Positions 1-14,011 of a stretch of 64,000 bases of DNA are shown piece by piece. The DNA is taken from contig NW_002060946.1 in the NCBI RefSeq assembly GCF_000150275.1, positions 5,742,597 through 5,806,596 of the forward strand, given 5' to 3'. This DNA is from Trichoplax adhaerens. Lineage: Eukaryota; Animalia; Placozoa. Made by a program: the position numbers and the translations under genes. The notes under the pieces are model-generated. The model had not been told where the DNA came from, made no database searches, and was given only the letters and a program-made list of their open reading frames with translations. The stretch's first letter is position 1; each line of letters begins with the position of its first letter.

Positions 1-731
1 GTGATTATACTTTCTAACTATATAACTACGGTAATTAGCTGAAGTCTATTAAAATCATATAAACTTTATTGCAGTACTTGTATAGTCTCATATTAAAGAA
101 CCATTCATGAAAGTAAGTATATAATGTTATCATGAGTTGTGTCTGCCCATTAATATTATGATTCTTTGTAAGTAGGTACAACTGTCATAAAACTTTTGCT
201 GAGTTTAATAGTAACTTCTAGAGCTTAACTAAAATAGTATAGCAATTATGATGTTATATTCTGCATCCAAGTTGTTACTGTCTGCCACCATCAGATTCAA
301 TACTTTATTCTGAATCACTAGTAATTTAATTCAATTGGCCTACTCTTTATTTGCTAAAGAACAGAATGTCTAATTCCATCGCATGGATATTTTTTTTACA
401 CATGACTTAATAACTAGTACAATCTATTGAAACTCCTTTATTAAATATTTCTATGGAACATCGTTAACTTTCAAATACTTGACAGCAAAAAAATCTATTT
501 AGTAGCCAGTAAAAATGTAGAGCAACGGTATTGACAGTTCGAAGTACAGGAAGTTTTATTTTGCTATCCATATTGATTGGTTATTGTTCTACCACAATGC
601 TTACAACTTCACGTTGCAATGCCGCTATAAAAACCTTTGGATGATTCATTACTATAATGCAGAGTTTGGTATTAGATACTAATGATCTCAATCCCTGATG
701 ACTTGTTTTTATGCAATTATACGATTTGGGC

Positions 732-881
732 AAATATTTTCGTCTTACTAATCGCTATTTGGACGAGCAAAGTTTATCAGGAGTCAATTCAGTGGAGTAA
801 AATCACAAGGCTTATTGAGTAAACATTTTCGTTTACTAATGGCTATTTTGGTGAGCAAGAACTAACAGGAATCAATTCAGT
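732..881. repeat. ~89-bp diverged tandem duplication
   Basis: ttttcgt.ttactaat.gctattt...gagcaa...cagga.tcaattcagt occurs twice. Confidence 0.7.
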
Positions 882-1604
882 AAAGAAGTTAATTTATTGA
901 GAATTCCTAACATTAGAGAAATTTAAAAATCTGCACAATGAAAAGAAAATATTAAGATTGCCTATAGTCCTTTCATATGAATTAAATTTATAAGGTAATG
1001 GCAAGACGTGGTATTTCCTTTTAATCTTTCAATTTTTTCCACAATACCGTGAACAATATCGTCATTTATTGTCATTAAAACCTATTTGGCTATTGAAATA
1101 ACAAAACTGCTAAGGCTATTCTTAAGTGTATATTCCAATTTCTATTCAAAGCATTTAAATCGTCTTTATTCTTACAGCCGTTAACCAATAAAGTAGGATA
1201 TTGAAACAAAGTCATCTTTAAAATAACTATCTCAAAATAATTAAATTGGAGAATTTAATTTCCTTTTAAGTAACATATAGCTTAATTCGAGTAAATTTAT
1301 AAAGACTGCTTTTACAAGTACAAATCTTGCATCATTATCACTGAGGTGTTTTTCATAGAATTGAAGTTTGATTGAATTATGTATTCATTGAATTAGAATT
1401 GTATTGGTCCGCGACTGGTATAATTGTAAGGCATCACAAAGTAATTGCTATTTCACGATGATATATAACAAGATAGACGCTTAGATACCAATATCCACGT
1501 GTGCTTCTATTCTAAAAACAACTGGTCTTAAATTGACTTTGTTTAAGCAGATTTGGGGATAATTTATCACAATCTATCAATTCCTTTACCATACTACGTG
1601 CTAA

Positions 1605-3530
1605 TTATATGCCATGAAATGAATTACTACTTCCTAATTCTTAAAATCGATATGTTGTTGAGCCGAAACGAAAGGATAATGAATATATATATATTGCTAT
1701 AAGAGTTCTAGCTCAGGCAAGTAAACATCATCATCTGCTACGGTACTTACTCTACTAATTGGATATAAACCTTTCATTATTAAGGCAATAGCAGCAATAA
1801 GTCAATAGTAAATGAAATTACAGGACTAATTCAGTGTAATAATTATAATTATTTATTATATGCGTAAATGTTGGCGTTATTGGAGGATATCAGATAATCT
1901 ACCGATATTACGGTTGCTTGCTTTCAGCGATTCGAGTTCCATTAATCAGTAACTAATGTCCTCTTCTTTTTAAGTTATGAAACACAAACAATATTTATAA
2001 TTTCGATTATTTGTTATCTTCAAGTATCTATCTATCTTTAATTTGCATTCAACTCGTAAACACTCGTTCCTGAACTCATGTTTTATATGACGACTTTAAA
2101 TATTAATTACCGCAATTCATCACGGAAATACTTCTTCATATAAGGACAATTTTTTGGTATGCATTCATCCTTATGTTCAAGAAGTAATGTGTATCATAAT
2201 AATATAGATATGCTAGTCTAGCACATTACTTTGCTGCAAACTGTAAAAACTATAAAATTCTAACGTCAAATTTTGATGTAACTTACCAAGTACATTGCCG
2301 CAATATTATAGTACATATATAGAGTCAAATCGCTACATTGACTATTAATTATGATAATTCTCCTTACACCAAGTGCCTTACTACGTCTGAAACAGCTAAC
2401 ATAAAAATCTTCCTTAACTTATTATTGACAAATCCGTTCTAATTAAATAGACGGATGAGTCTAATATACTGTAAATGATTAGTTACGCCATGTGTATTGT
2501 TAAAGAAAATCAAAGCGAAGCAAATTTATTTCATGCTAGCTAAAGCAACAATACATAATCAACAAGCATAGCAGTATTAATTTGCTGCAACATCTTTCAT
2601 TATCAAATCTACTAAACATACATTTAAAAAGGAAAATTCGTCATAGCAAAGCAAACAAAGAGGACAAGTCAATATTGTTCTACATTACATACCGGTATAT
2701 TGTTGTACTTTAAAGATTAAATAGGAAGTTCTAAGTCTGGTCACGTTGCGATGATGAACTACAGATTGCAGATTACAATTACGGGAAAACTACTATATAG
2801 AGAGGATTGAAATATTTTGTTTATGTCGTAAAAAGCTTGACAAAAATTAATTAGATGCACTGTAACTTGCAATAGGAAATTTGTAAATCTGATCATGTTG
2901 CGACAATAAACGGCGGATATATCAGAAAAAGTTTAACAGAATGCCAAAATATTTTATTTATACTAGAAAGAATTCGAGAGAGAGAAAAAATTCTTTATTG
3001 TCGATTTTTATTTAATCCAGCAAGATCTTCCTACAGTTATACTTAACAGAATTGTTACAACGGATATGCAGGCAACAACCAGCCTTTATATGATTATTGC
3101 ATGAAAATGATGAAAACAATTCTTCACAGATAGAGTCTTTCTGTAACGTTGCATTTATCTTTTGTACAATTTTTTATGAGTCAGTTATAGTGTCGAGAAA
3201 CTTTTAGTGTACATTCAGCTCGATAACGAATCATATATAGCAATATATACAGTAGACAAACTCTTTATCAATTATCTTATCTTGTCATTAAAGCATACAA
3301 TCCAGACACAATGTGCAAGTAGTACCTTATCCTAACAAATTTTTAATACAAATATCTATTATGGCATTGATTGCTAGTCCTTATTCTATTTCTTAATCAT
3401 TAAGAAAGATTTAAGCACGAAAGAAAGACTTTTGTGATCAAGAGCTTATGTTTGCTTAGTCTATTTTTTACATGTTTACATTTTATATCACGGATTGTGC
3501 AAGTTTTCTATCATTTGATGATGAATCTTC
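1605..3530 (+). pseudogene. Possible decayed class C GPCR (mGluR/CaSR-like Venus flytrap plus Cys-rich) ectodomain remnant
   Basis: Collinear fragments LYAMK*I / LLPN (1605-1638), in-frame VGVIGGYQIIYRYYGCLLSAIRVPLISN* (1870-1956) and PDTMCK* (3302). Many stops and frameshifts; recognised by eye only. Confidence 0.4.
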
Positions 3531-3732
3531 CATTATTATATATATGACGCTAGAACGGAAGATTTTTGTTAGTAATACTGCCATAAGAATAATTTTGCAT
3601 TCCTATTCTATTTTGAATTAGCAGATTGAAAACTCCATTTTTCACTAATAACCGAGCGGATACAGTAAAATAGCTCGGAGTAAATTCGTATCTGTTAACG
3701 CCATGAAACCAAGTTGGTACCAGTACATAGCA

Positions 3733-3921
3733 ATAGTATGTCTCTAAAGTTAAAATTGAAACCTATATTAACTCAATGTAAGCGATAAAGAGCATAATAA
3801 CTTGAAGCTCTGTTGACCCATTTGCCGACATAGTATGTCTCTAAAGTTAAAATTGAAAACCTTACTAACTCAATATAAGCGATAAAGTACAGGATAACCT
3901 GAAGATATGCTGACCCATATT
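3733..3921. repeat. ~97-bp tandem duplication
   Basis: atagtatgtctctaaagttaaaattgaaa at 3733 and 3830. Confidence 0.85.
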
Positions 3922-4215
3922 ACATATGTTGATTGACTTCAACAGATACATGATTAGCGCGCTGTTCATTTAATCAAAACAAGGTGTCATTTTTTTATCA
4001 TAGTAATGTCATTCTCCTTGAACTCACTATGATACTTTAAGGAAAAATACTGATTTGAGTTAAATTTGAAATGTTTATTCGTTTTCATAACCGAATGGTT
4101 TCGATCATGTTCATGGTTACTAGAGGATTGTGCACTAGTAAGTTTAATATCGAATTGTACCAGTACCGAAATGATCATGTTCATATTATGGATCCATGAC
4201 GAAATGCTTTCGCTT

Positions 4216-4520
4216 TCGGATATCTTGTAAAATTTATTAGTTGATTTTTTAACCGTGTAGTAGGATTTATTCATGAGCATTTTTAGAGTTGTTGAGTTTA
4301 ATCGATAGCTAGGCGTAAGGGCGATATTTCTTTTCCTGAATAAGATATTCGAAATAATAGAGGTTTGCATTTAGTTTTCAGATATCTTGTAGGATTTATT
4401 GGTTGATTTTTCGAGCATGTGGCAGGATTTGTTCATAAATATTATTTAGTGTTGTTGAGTTTAACAGATAGCTAGTCGTAAGGCCGATGTTTTCGTTCCT
4501 GAAATAGGTATTCGCACTAA
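4216..4520. repeat. ~160-bp diverged tandem duplication covering the last codons, stop and 3' flank of GPCR1
   Basis: gatatcttgta...gttgttgagtttaa..gatagctag.cgtaagg.cgat occurs at ~4219-4356 and ~4381-4520. Confidence 0.85.
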
Positions 4521-5525
4521 TGGGCGTTTGCACATTTCAATAATTTCACTACGGATATCACGGCTAAGCCAGATATATAATAGAGGATTTAAAGCAGGAT
4601 ACGCAAAAGCTAATTCTCGTAGGCCATACTCGGATGCTCTTAAACAATTTACAATTAATCTGATGAACCGTAGTCTTAGCTTTAGTGGTGATGATCCCAA
4701 AATGAGGGCTATCATGGAACAAATGATGTACGGCAAAGTCAATAATATAAAAGTACCGGTGATAATAATTAATGGTACAGCGGCTTTAAATTGCTTGGTT
4801 ATAAGTTGACTTTTTCTTCGTTGAACAGGATCAAATGAAGGATACTGTTCGTTATTCATCTGTTTTAAATGGCGTAGAGCAATAATAAAGATATAACCAT
4901 GACAAATGAGCATGATCTTCAACGGACATAAATAGCAAAACGAATAAAAGAAAATGTTGTAAATTAATTCGTCGCCAGCGTCGCCACTGGTAGTGCAAGG
5001 ATTTTTATCATCTCTTTTAACAGTGCGAAATGTTAAAACAGGATAAAATGATCCAATTAGGGCCATCACCCACACTAGCGTTAGATAAATCCAAGTAGTC
5101 CGACGATTAACGAAGTTACTAAAATGAAAGGGCATGCCTACTGTGATTGCCCTATCGATCGCGATTAAAGCTAAATGCAAGCACATACACGACATTAGAA
5201 AATTACGTAAAGAAGTCTTGAGATAGCATAAAATATTTGTTGGATCCATTACGACAAGCGGATAAGGAAGGCAAAAGAGTATTGCAAATAAAATGCCACT
5301 CATTGACATACTGCATAATTTAACGTTTTGAATTTTCCATAACCTTTTCCGTGTTAATATTAGATAAACTAGGAAACCATTAGTTAATAGGGCTGTAAAA
5401 CCAATTATTTCATAGTAGATAATTTGAGGTAATTCTCTCATCACATTATCGCTGTTGGTCGTATTGCTAAGGCTAAGCAACGATCCAGTCGAACGATTGT
5501 CCACTTCAGAGTGATTCTCCATCAT
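4461..5525 (-). CDS. Intronless rhodopsin-like (class A) GPCR, orphan, 354 aa
   Basis: Seven hydrophobic segments; N-terminal N-glycosylation sequon (NTT); TM1 Asn (LLTNG); TM3 Cys (NILCY); DRY-like IDRA; TM4 Trp (LVWV); ECL2 Cys (KNPCT); TM6 FxLLxLP; TM7 NPLLY followed by helix 8. Confidence 0.92.
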   Translation of the reverse strand: MMENHSEVDNRSTGSLLSLSNTTNSDNVMRELPQIIYYEIIGFTALLTNGFLVYLILTRKRLWKIQNVKLCSMSMSGILFAILFCLPYPLVVMDPTNILCYLKTSLRNFLMSCMCLHLALIAIDRAITVGMPFHFSNFVNRRTTWIYLTLVWVMALIGSFYPVLTFRTVKRDDKNPCTTSGDAGDELIYNIFFYSFCYLCPLKIMLICHGYIFIIALRHLKQMNNEQYPSFDPVQRRKSQLITKQFKAAVPLIIITGTFILLTLPYIICSMIALILGSSPLKLRLRFIRLIVNCLRASEYGLRELAFAYPALNPLLYIWLSRDIRSEIIEMCKRPLVRIPISGTKTSALRLAIC

Positions 5526-6649
5526 CTTGGGCCAGTTTCAACGCGAGAAATTGCAATAGTCGGTGAAGCTGATATTGATAAGATATAAATAAGGATAATT
5601 GTACAGAAAATATCCACCACTACCTATTCTACAGTATCTACTACTAAATATAGATCGATGGAATGGAGATCAAGAAGACAATAGCAAGTACGTTGGAGAT
5701 AAATAAATTAATTGTAATTATTGAACATTCAATTAATATTTGTCAAAACACGTTCACGTTAATTTCTCTTTCCTCGTTGAAATAATGAATATAGTAAGAT
5801 TATTCATGATTTACTATTTCTAACGTCTACTTGAACAATACACGGTGATGCTTTTAATGGTGATGAGCATTAATTTATTCAAGATTAGAAAATTGATAAA
5901 ATACTGCTTTGATTCTATCTCCTAAGGTGCGCAATAGGTTGAAAATGACGAAGTCTCTACACATGAAAATGCTGTCATTAATTAATTTTGAAAATTGATT
6001 TTTATTGACTAGACTATTGTCTTTGCTTACTTAAAGTTTTCAATCTTAAATTAGAATTAGAAATGGCGGTAATGGAAGTAGTTTAGATATTATGGTGAGA
6101 AAGTCTTTTCCAAGTCAACACAGTAACGTAGCAGTAGTCCTTGACCATACGGTATTATTATTAATCAATAATTGAATTAAACCAAAATGCGTTTGTAAAA
6201 TTAATGGATTCAATTTTTTTCGTTTATGAATCCTGTTCTATAGGATATGCAAAGTTATTACAACACTCGTATACACTATACATAGAAAGGAAAAATAGAA
6301 ATCTCTGATTTTGTTGATGTCTGAAATCGCAACATTGCCAATTTATCATGCTTTTATCGTTCAATGGCCAGTTAGCAACGGAACATTTTCATAATTCTAT
6401 GAATAGGATTAAGTTATTTCCTGTATACTCTTTCGAAATAGTGTTCTACCATTGGTTGAAAAATGTACGGACATTTCAATATCCTGTTATTTTAACATGG
6501 GCTCAAAATTAATTCCGATGGCTTTCAAATTTCTATCGTACATTCTAAGTACTAGCGACGACGCCTTAAAATACAATCATTTATACTTTCATCCTGTCGG
6601 TTGTGATATACAATAGAGATCATTTCTAAGCGCTGATCTAATTGCTTTG

Positions 6650-9000
6650 GCAACATTATGCTACCAAACAGAAAGTATCCGTTATCTTGACGAATATCAT
6701 CGTTAATGAGATTTATTGCTGTATGATTTCTACTTCTTGAGCTATACATTTTTTTAAAATAAATATAGCTCATGGCTTACAAATCCATATCCTCCATCTA
6801 TTAAAATAAAGTACTCCAGTGCCACTTTTCCCTTTAATATTGATCATTTAATGTGTTGTCATTAATTCAAGTGCTTCATTCCATAATGATAGCCAACGCA
6901 ATGTATCCGTTGACTTAACTATTATCATCGTTGATACCATTTATTAATGTACGATTCTACATCTTGAGCTATAATCTTTATTTCAAAACAGATATAGTTT
7001 ATGGCTCTCAGTTGATTATTATACTAATCCAATCCATGTCGTCCATATACATAAATACAATTCACTGCTCATCTTCGCTTATTAATTATTGACTGCGGTA
7101 TTAACTTGACTAATATCATCGTTAATAAGATTTATTACTTTACGATTCTACTTCTCGAGCTATATAATCTTTATTTTAAAATCAAATATAGTTTATGGCT
7201 TTTTATACTAATCAAATCTATACGCCAAAAAATATAGTACTGTTTCACTATTCCCTTTAATAAATATTGATTTCGGTATTAACTCGACTAATATCATTGT
7301 TAATAAGATTTATTCCTGTATGATTCTACTTCTTGAGCTATAAATTTTATTTCAAAAGCCTAACAGAGTTTATGGCTTTTTATACTAATCAAATCCATAC
7401 ACCTAAAAATACAGTACAGTTTAACTTTTCCCTTTACTAAACATCGACTACGGTATTAGCTTGACCAATATCATCGTTAGTATGATTCTGCTTCTTGAAC
7501 TATAATCTTTATTTATAGTTAAAGAGTCAATATAGTTTATGGCTTTTAGCTGCTTTCTATACTATTCAAATTTATATCATCTATGGGCAAAAAAATATCG
7601 TGCAGTGCAAACTTTTTCCCTTATAAACTATTAGTAGACCCTTCGCTCGTTACACTGCGCGTAGTGTATTAACTTGACTACTATCATCATGAATAAGATT
7701 TATTTCTGTATTATTCTACTTTTTGAGCTATAATCTTTATTTTAAAAAAATATAGTTTCTGGCTTTTTATACTATTTAAATTCATATCGTCCATTGATAA
7801 ACGCAGTAAGTGCTGTCGTTCCATGATGCTACTAAACGGAATGCATGCGTTTTTAAGTTGAATATCATCGTTAATAAGATTTATTACTGTACTGTATAAT
7901 TCTAGTTGTTGCGCCACTAGCCTTATTTAAAAGAAATCGAGAATATTATTGCATTTCGCTGCTTTTTATGCTATTGAAGTCTATTTTCGAGTATAGGTAA
8001 AATGTACGACTCCTATAGTACAGTGCAACGTTTTTCTTTATTATAATTATTGGTTATTTAATACGTTGTGAACTTTATTTTAGAATACTGTAAGTCAGAA
8101 TATATGAGATACCGACTTCATTTACAAGAGTTTATGGCTTTTATAGTAGTTGCTTATCATGCAGTTCAAGTTGATATCATCCATCTACAAAATCCAGTAA
8201 AGTGCAACATTATCCTTAAACGGAATGGGATGCATCCGTTTTTAACTTGAACAATATCATCGTTAACAAGATTTATGAGTGTACTGTATGATTCTAGTTG
8301 TTGCGCCATGAACCTTATTTTTAGAAGAAATAAGAGTATATTATAGCATTTCGCTGCTTTTTATGCTGTTGAAGTCTATTTTCGTGCTTAGGCAAAATGT
8401 CTAGAATAGCGCAATGTTTTTCTTCATTACATCTATTGATCATTTAATTCGTTGTGAACTTCATTTTAGAATACCGTAAGTCAGGATACACAAGATATCG
8501 ACTTCATTTACAAGAGTTTATGGCTTGTACAGTAGTTGTTTCATCATGCTGTTCAAGTTGATATCATCCATCTACAAAATCCAGTAAGGTGCAATTTTAT
8601 CCTACGGAATGCATCCGTTTTTAACTTGAACAATATCATCGTTAACAAGATTTATGACTGTACTGTCTGATTCTAGTTGTTGCACCATTAACCTTATTTT
8701 TAGAAGAAATAAGAGTATATTATAGTATTTCGCAGCTTTTTTATGCTGTTGAAGTCTATTTTCGTACTTAGGCAAAATGTATAGTGTAACGTTTTTCTTT
8801 ATTACAACTATTGATCATTTAATGCGTTGTGAACTTCATTTTAGAATACCGTAAGTCAGGATACACGAGATATCGACTCCATTTACAAAAATTGATGGCT
8901 TTTACAGTAGTTGCTTTATCATGTTGTTTACGTTGATATCATCTATCTACAAAATTGAGTAAAAGTGCAATTTTATCCTTATTATTATCGATCGTTCAAT
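6650..9000. repeat. Degenerate tandem array, ~180-225 bp units grading into ~380-390 bp units
   Basis: Anchor aatatcatcgttaa..agattta recurs at ~6693, 6920, 7112, 7291, 7467, 7682, 7861, 8253, 8632. Confidence 0.85.
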
Positions 9001-9849
9001 CTGTGGCAAATCTTACCTGTTTCATAGGAAGTCAAGATATCCTAACTTGCTGAGCGCTAACTGGCAGTAACTTATTCTCTCTATATGGCAGATGTCTAAT
9101 CCAGGTATCTACTAAACTGCGGTGTGTAAATGTCTACTATTAACTACGAATGCATTTGCATTTTCTTGATGGTGTCTTGCGCACTTTCCTTCTTACAGTG
9201 AATCATCTAGACGTCCAATAAGGTACTATTAGCCTATTGAACGCCCTTATGTTATGTTATCATCAACACAGCAGCAATCCTCCCAACAAGGGGAATCTGG
9301 GAAATTAAAGTTGATTTTATTTCCTTACTGATTGAAAGAATTGGATGAAACAAAATTAAACAGGAAAATGTCGACGTACATTGAATGGTATAGGTACGAT
9401 TGCTATCAACAGAATAGCGTTTGCGGTTATTAAAATTGACAGTAATTGGATTGTACATGGGTTGGATGAATAACAATAAGATTGCAAACTTTGAATCATT
9501 TGCTCAACACATGCGATCTAAATCGTCCTTTAATGTGAGCAATTGATTTCCATCTAACCCAAGTCATACTGTATTACGAAGAATAAGTGGAAGCCAATAT
9601 CCGCCATTGACAGTGACGATAACTGGCATTTTTGCTACTTTTGCTACATTAATAATAAAAGTTTCAATTGGCTAGCGCTAGATTGCTTACTATAGGGTAT
9701 TGTTATATAAATTACTATGTTCCTTAATTGATTCTTTTGGATTTTCTATTAATTCGGTAATGGATTGCCTTACGAAATAGATACCATTTACAATACCATC
9801 AGACTAGCAAGAATTATATACCATATGATTGTAGCTGTATAATAAGCGT

Positions 9850-12058
9850 TTAGGACATTGGAAATTGGTAAAGAGCTGCATACCTTCCAGTTTGGAAATG
9901 ATACAACTGTCTCTCAATATCACCTAACAAAGAACTTGCTCCAATACGGAATAGATTGGGTTGTGTCCATTCGTCTCCTAGCTCTTCCTTCATCAGAGCA
10001 AGCCAACTTAAGCAATCTTTAGCGCTTCTAATCCCTCCGGCTGGCTTAAATCCGACCTTGTATCCAGTACGTTGGTAAAAATCACGTATTGCCCTGATCA
10101 TGACAAGAGCAACTGGGAATGTGGCATTCACTGCTTCTTTGCCTGTCGATGTTTTAATAAAAGTTGAGCCAGCCATCATACTGACAAGGCTTGCTTTATA
10201 CACATTGGTCAACGTTCCTAAGTGTCCCGTAGCAATAATCGTTTTTAACAGGGCATTACCACACGCTTTTTTGCAGGCAGCTACTTCATCATATAAAGCT
10301 TGCCAATTGCCTGATAATACATAGCATCGAGTGATGACAATATCGATTTCACTTGCACCAGCTTCGACTGCGTATTTGATTTCATCTAGGCGTTGAGGAA
10401 GAGGTGTTTGACCATCAGGAAATCCAGCTGCTACAGAAGCAATGGGCACTTGTGAGTGATTATTCTTATTAGCGGTAACAGCATCCTTGACTCGAGACGA
10501 GTAGACACATACCGCTCCGGTAGTAATTTCTGAAAAGTAGAACATAGTTTTGAGTTTCATTAATTCATTTTGATCAACACAAGTTATATGCTAATGATCA
10601 AATATGCATGATAAACATTCATGATGAAATTGGCAGCATGTTGATGTAAAAAATGCAATTCTTCAAGTCGCTATGATAGCAAAATTTCTTAGTTACAACA
10701 CAATTCGTCAAATGATAGCCAGCATTAACAAACAACCAATTACAGTGCCGAAGGGAATGAGTAGAAAGAGTCTAAAAATGCAAATCTTGAAATAATAAGA
10801 GTTAAGGCAAGCATTACCAAGTTGATTGAACCGAGTGGCACTTTTCAAATGATTGTAAAACAATAAAACTACTGAAGGAGATGCTGTAAGTAGAATGAGT
10901 CTAAAAAAGTAATTGATGAAATGATGATAGTTCAGGCAAGGATTGCAAAGTTGAATCGATCGCCACTCTTCAATCATTTAACAGCAAAACAAACGAAGAA
11001 AATGAGTCGAGTGAGTTTCAAAATGCAATTCTTGAAACGATGCGAGTAAAGTAAAGAATGGCAAAGTTGAACCGATCGCTACTCTTCTTTCAACTACGCC
11101 ATAATAAGCTAGCGAAGAAAATGAGCGATTTTCAAAATTCACTGGTTGAAATGATGAGAGCAAGGCAAGCATTGCAAAGTTGGCAAGCTACCGAAGAAAA
11201 CGAGCGATTTTCAAAATGCAATAGCTAAAATGATGAGAGCAAGGCAAGCATTGCAAAGTGGGCAAACTACCGAAGAAAACGAGTGATTTTCAAAATGCAA
11301 TGGTTGAAATGATGAGAGCAAGGCTTGCATTGCAAAGTTGGCAAACTACCGAAGAAAACGAGCGATTTTCAAAATGCAATAGCTAAAATGATGAGAGCAA
11401 GGCAAGCATTGCAAAGTGGGCAAACTACCGAAGAAAACGAGCGATTTTCAAAATGCAATGGTTGAAATGATGAGAGCAAGGCTTGCATTGCAAAGTTGGC
11501 AAACTACCGAAGAAAATGAGCGATTTTCAAAATGCAATAGCTAAAATGATGAGAGCAAGGCAAGCATTGCAAAGTGGGCAAACCACCGAAGAAAACGAGC
11601 GATTTTCAAAATGCAATAGCTGAAATGATGAGAGCAAGGCAAAGTTCACTGGCATCCTATCAAGGACTGCAATGTTGAACCCATCGCCACTCTTCAACTG
11701 CGCGATGTTTGAAATGATGAAAATAAGGGAAGAATAACAGAGATTTCGAATCTATTTATCCGATAGAAATCTTACTCAAGTCTTTTAATTGGAGGCTTTC
11801 AAGAACGTCTTGACGGATAGGATTATTGGCCTTGAAACAGAGACGTGATACATTCGTTTCCGTATCATCACCAGACAAGGTGGTTAAATCTAAGCAAGTA
11901 ACAGCTCTTAAAAACCAAGCTGCTTGCCAATCTTTCTTGACAGATCGTCGCTTGAGATGGGTTGCTGCTCTCCTCTGCACTGCTGGTAAGTTAACACGCG
12001 ACGATTCAACCCATGCCAGATCCAGAGGTTGGATTACATTCCGTTGGCTGTCTACCAT
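9850..12058 (-). CDS. DERA: Deoxyribose-phosphate aldolase (DERA/DeoC), copy 1; 2 exons, 12058-11776 and 10529-9850, 320 aa; probably an allelic or assembly duplicate of copy 2
   Basis: Motifs DLTTLSGDDT, GAVCVY, AAGFPDGQ, GASEIDIVI, FIKTSTGK (Schiff-base Lys), FKPAGGIR, FRIGASSLL. Phase-1 GT-AG intron (donor gtaaga, acceptor ttttcag) gives 283+680=963 nt. Confidence 0.85.
11114..11645. repeat. 79-bp minisatellite (~7 units, alternating A/B variants) in the DERA copy 1 intron
   Basis: gaagaaaa(c/t)gag anchors at 11114, 11193, 11272, 11351, 11430, 11509, 11588. Confidence 0.95.
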
Positions 12059-12194
12059 CGTTCAATTTGGTTATTGTAGCTAGAAATTCATTCAAATCCA
12101 ATCGATCAAGATTGCCTAAAGCAAGGAATAGCAGCAATGGCGGACAGCAAATGGGCTCCAACGGGTTCCAGTACGGTACCAGTGGACTGAAGAG

Positions 12195-12244
12195 NNNNNN
12201 NNNNNNNNNNNNNNNNNNNNNNNNNNNNNNNNNNNNNNNNNNNN
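12195..12244. other. Assembly gap (50 N)
   Basis: Run of N. Confidence 1.
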
Positions 12245-14011
12245 AGATACTGTAAGTCAGAATATATGAGATACCGACTTCATTTACAAGAGTTTATGGC
12301 TTTTATAGTAGTTGCTTATCATGCAGTTCAAGTTGATATCATCCATCTACAAAATCCAGTAAAGTGCAACATTATCCTTAAACGGAATGGGATGCATCCG
12401 TTTTTAACTTGAACAATATCATCGTTAACAAGATTTATGAGTGTACTGTATGATTCTAGTTGTTGCGCCATGAACCTTATTTTTAGAAGAAATAAGAGTA
12501 TATTATAGCATTTCGCTGCTTTTTATGCTGTTGAAGTCTATTTTCGTGCTTAGGCAAAATGTCTAGAATAGCGCAATGTTTTTCTTCATTACATCTATTG
12601 ATCATTTAATTCGTTGTGAACTTCATTTTAGAATACCGTAAGTCAAGATACACAAGATATCGACTTCATTTACAAGAGTTTATGGCTTGTACAGTAGTTG
12701 TTTCATCATGCTGTTCAAGTTGATATCATCCACCTACAAAATCCAATAAGGTGCAATTTTATCCTACGGAATGCATCCGTTTTTAACTTGAACAATATCA
12801 TCGTTAACAAGATTTATGACTGTACTGTATGATTCTAGTTGTTGCGCCATTAACCTTATTTTTAGAAGAAATAAGAGTATATTATAGCATTTCGCAGCTT
12901 TTTTATGCTGTTGAAGTCTATTTTCGTACTTAGGCAAAATGTATAGTGTAACGTTTTTCTTTATTACAACTATTGATCATTTAATGCGTTGTGAACTTCA
13001 TTTTAGAATACCGTAAGTCAGGATACACGAGATATCGACTCCATTTACAAAAATTGATGGCTTTTACAGTAGTTGCTTTATCATGTTGTTTACGTTGATA
13101 TCATCTATCTACAAAATTGAGTAAAAGTGCAATTTTATCCTTATTATTATCGATCGTTCAATCTGTGGCAAATCTTACCTGTTTCATAGGAAGTCAAGAT
13201 ATCCTAACTTGCTGAGCGCTAACTGGCAGTAACTTATTCTCTCTATATGGCAGATGTCTAATCCAGGTATCTACTAAACTGCGGTGTGTAAATGTCTACT
13301 ATTAACTACGAATGCATTTGCATTTTCTTGATGGTGTCTTGCGCACTTTCCTTCTTACAGTGAATCATCTAGACGTCCAATAAGGTACTATTAGCCTATT
13401 GAACGCCCTTATGTTATGTTATCATCAACACAGCAGCAATCCTCCCAACAAGGGGAATCTGGGAAATTAAAGTTGATTTTATTTCCTTACTGATTGAAAG
13501 AATTGGATGAAACAAAATTAAACAGGAAAATGTCGACGTACATTGAATGGTATAGGTACGATTGCTATCAACAGAATAGCGTTTGCGGTTATTAAAATTG
13601 ACAGTAATTGGATTGTACATGGGTTGGATGAATAACAATAAGATTGCAAACTTTGAATCATTTGCTCAACACATGCGATCTAAATCGTCCTTTAATGTGA
13701 GCAATTGATTTCCTTTTAACCCAAGTCATACTGTATTACGAAGAATAAGTGGAAGCCAATATCCGCCATTGACAGTGACGATAACTGGCATTTTTGCTAC
13801 TTTTGCTACATTAATAATAAAAGTTTCAATTGGCTAGCGCTAGATTGCTTACTATAGGGTATTGTTATATAAATTACTATGTTCCTTAATTGATTCTTTT
13901 GGATTTTCTATTAATTCGGTAATGGATTGCCTTACGAAATAGATACCATTTACAATACCATCAGACTAGCAAGAATTATATACCATATGATTGTAGCTGT
14001 ATAATAAGCGT

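Noticed and set aside
3987-4370. 127-aa ORF downstream of GPCR1
   Set aside because: Largely built from the diverged duplicate of the GPCR1 3' end in another frame; no recognisable domain.
10530-10560. ORF-track starts MKLKTMFYFSE (also 14692-14722) as the DERA N-terminus, and 17960 as the ALDH16 start
   Set aside because: These are intron or UTR read-in. The splice acceptor and upstream exon 1 give the complete DERA, and the first ATG of ALDH16 is at 18047.
9252-11172. Short ORFs 9252-9476, 10708-10977, 10978-11172 and their duplicates
   Set aside because: They lie in the DERA 3' flank or intron repeats; they appear twice only because of the segment duplication.
11114-11645. Regularly spaced repeats as a CRISPR-like array
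   Set aside because: The whole 79-bp unit is repeated with no unique spacers; it lies in a eukaryotic intron and no cas genes are present.
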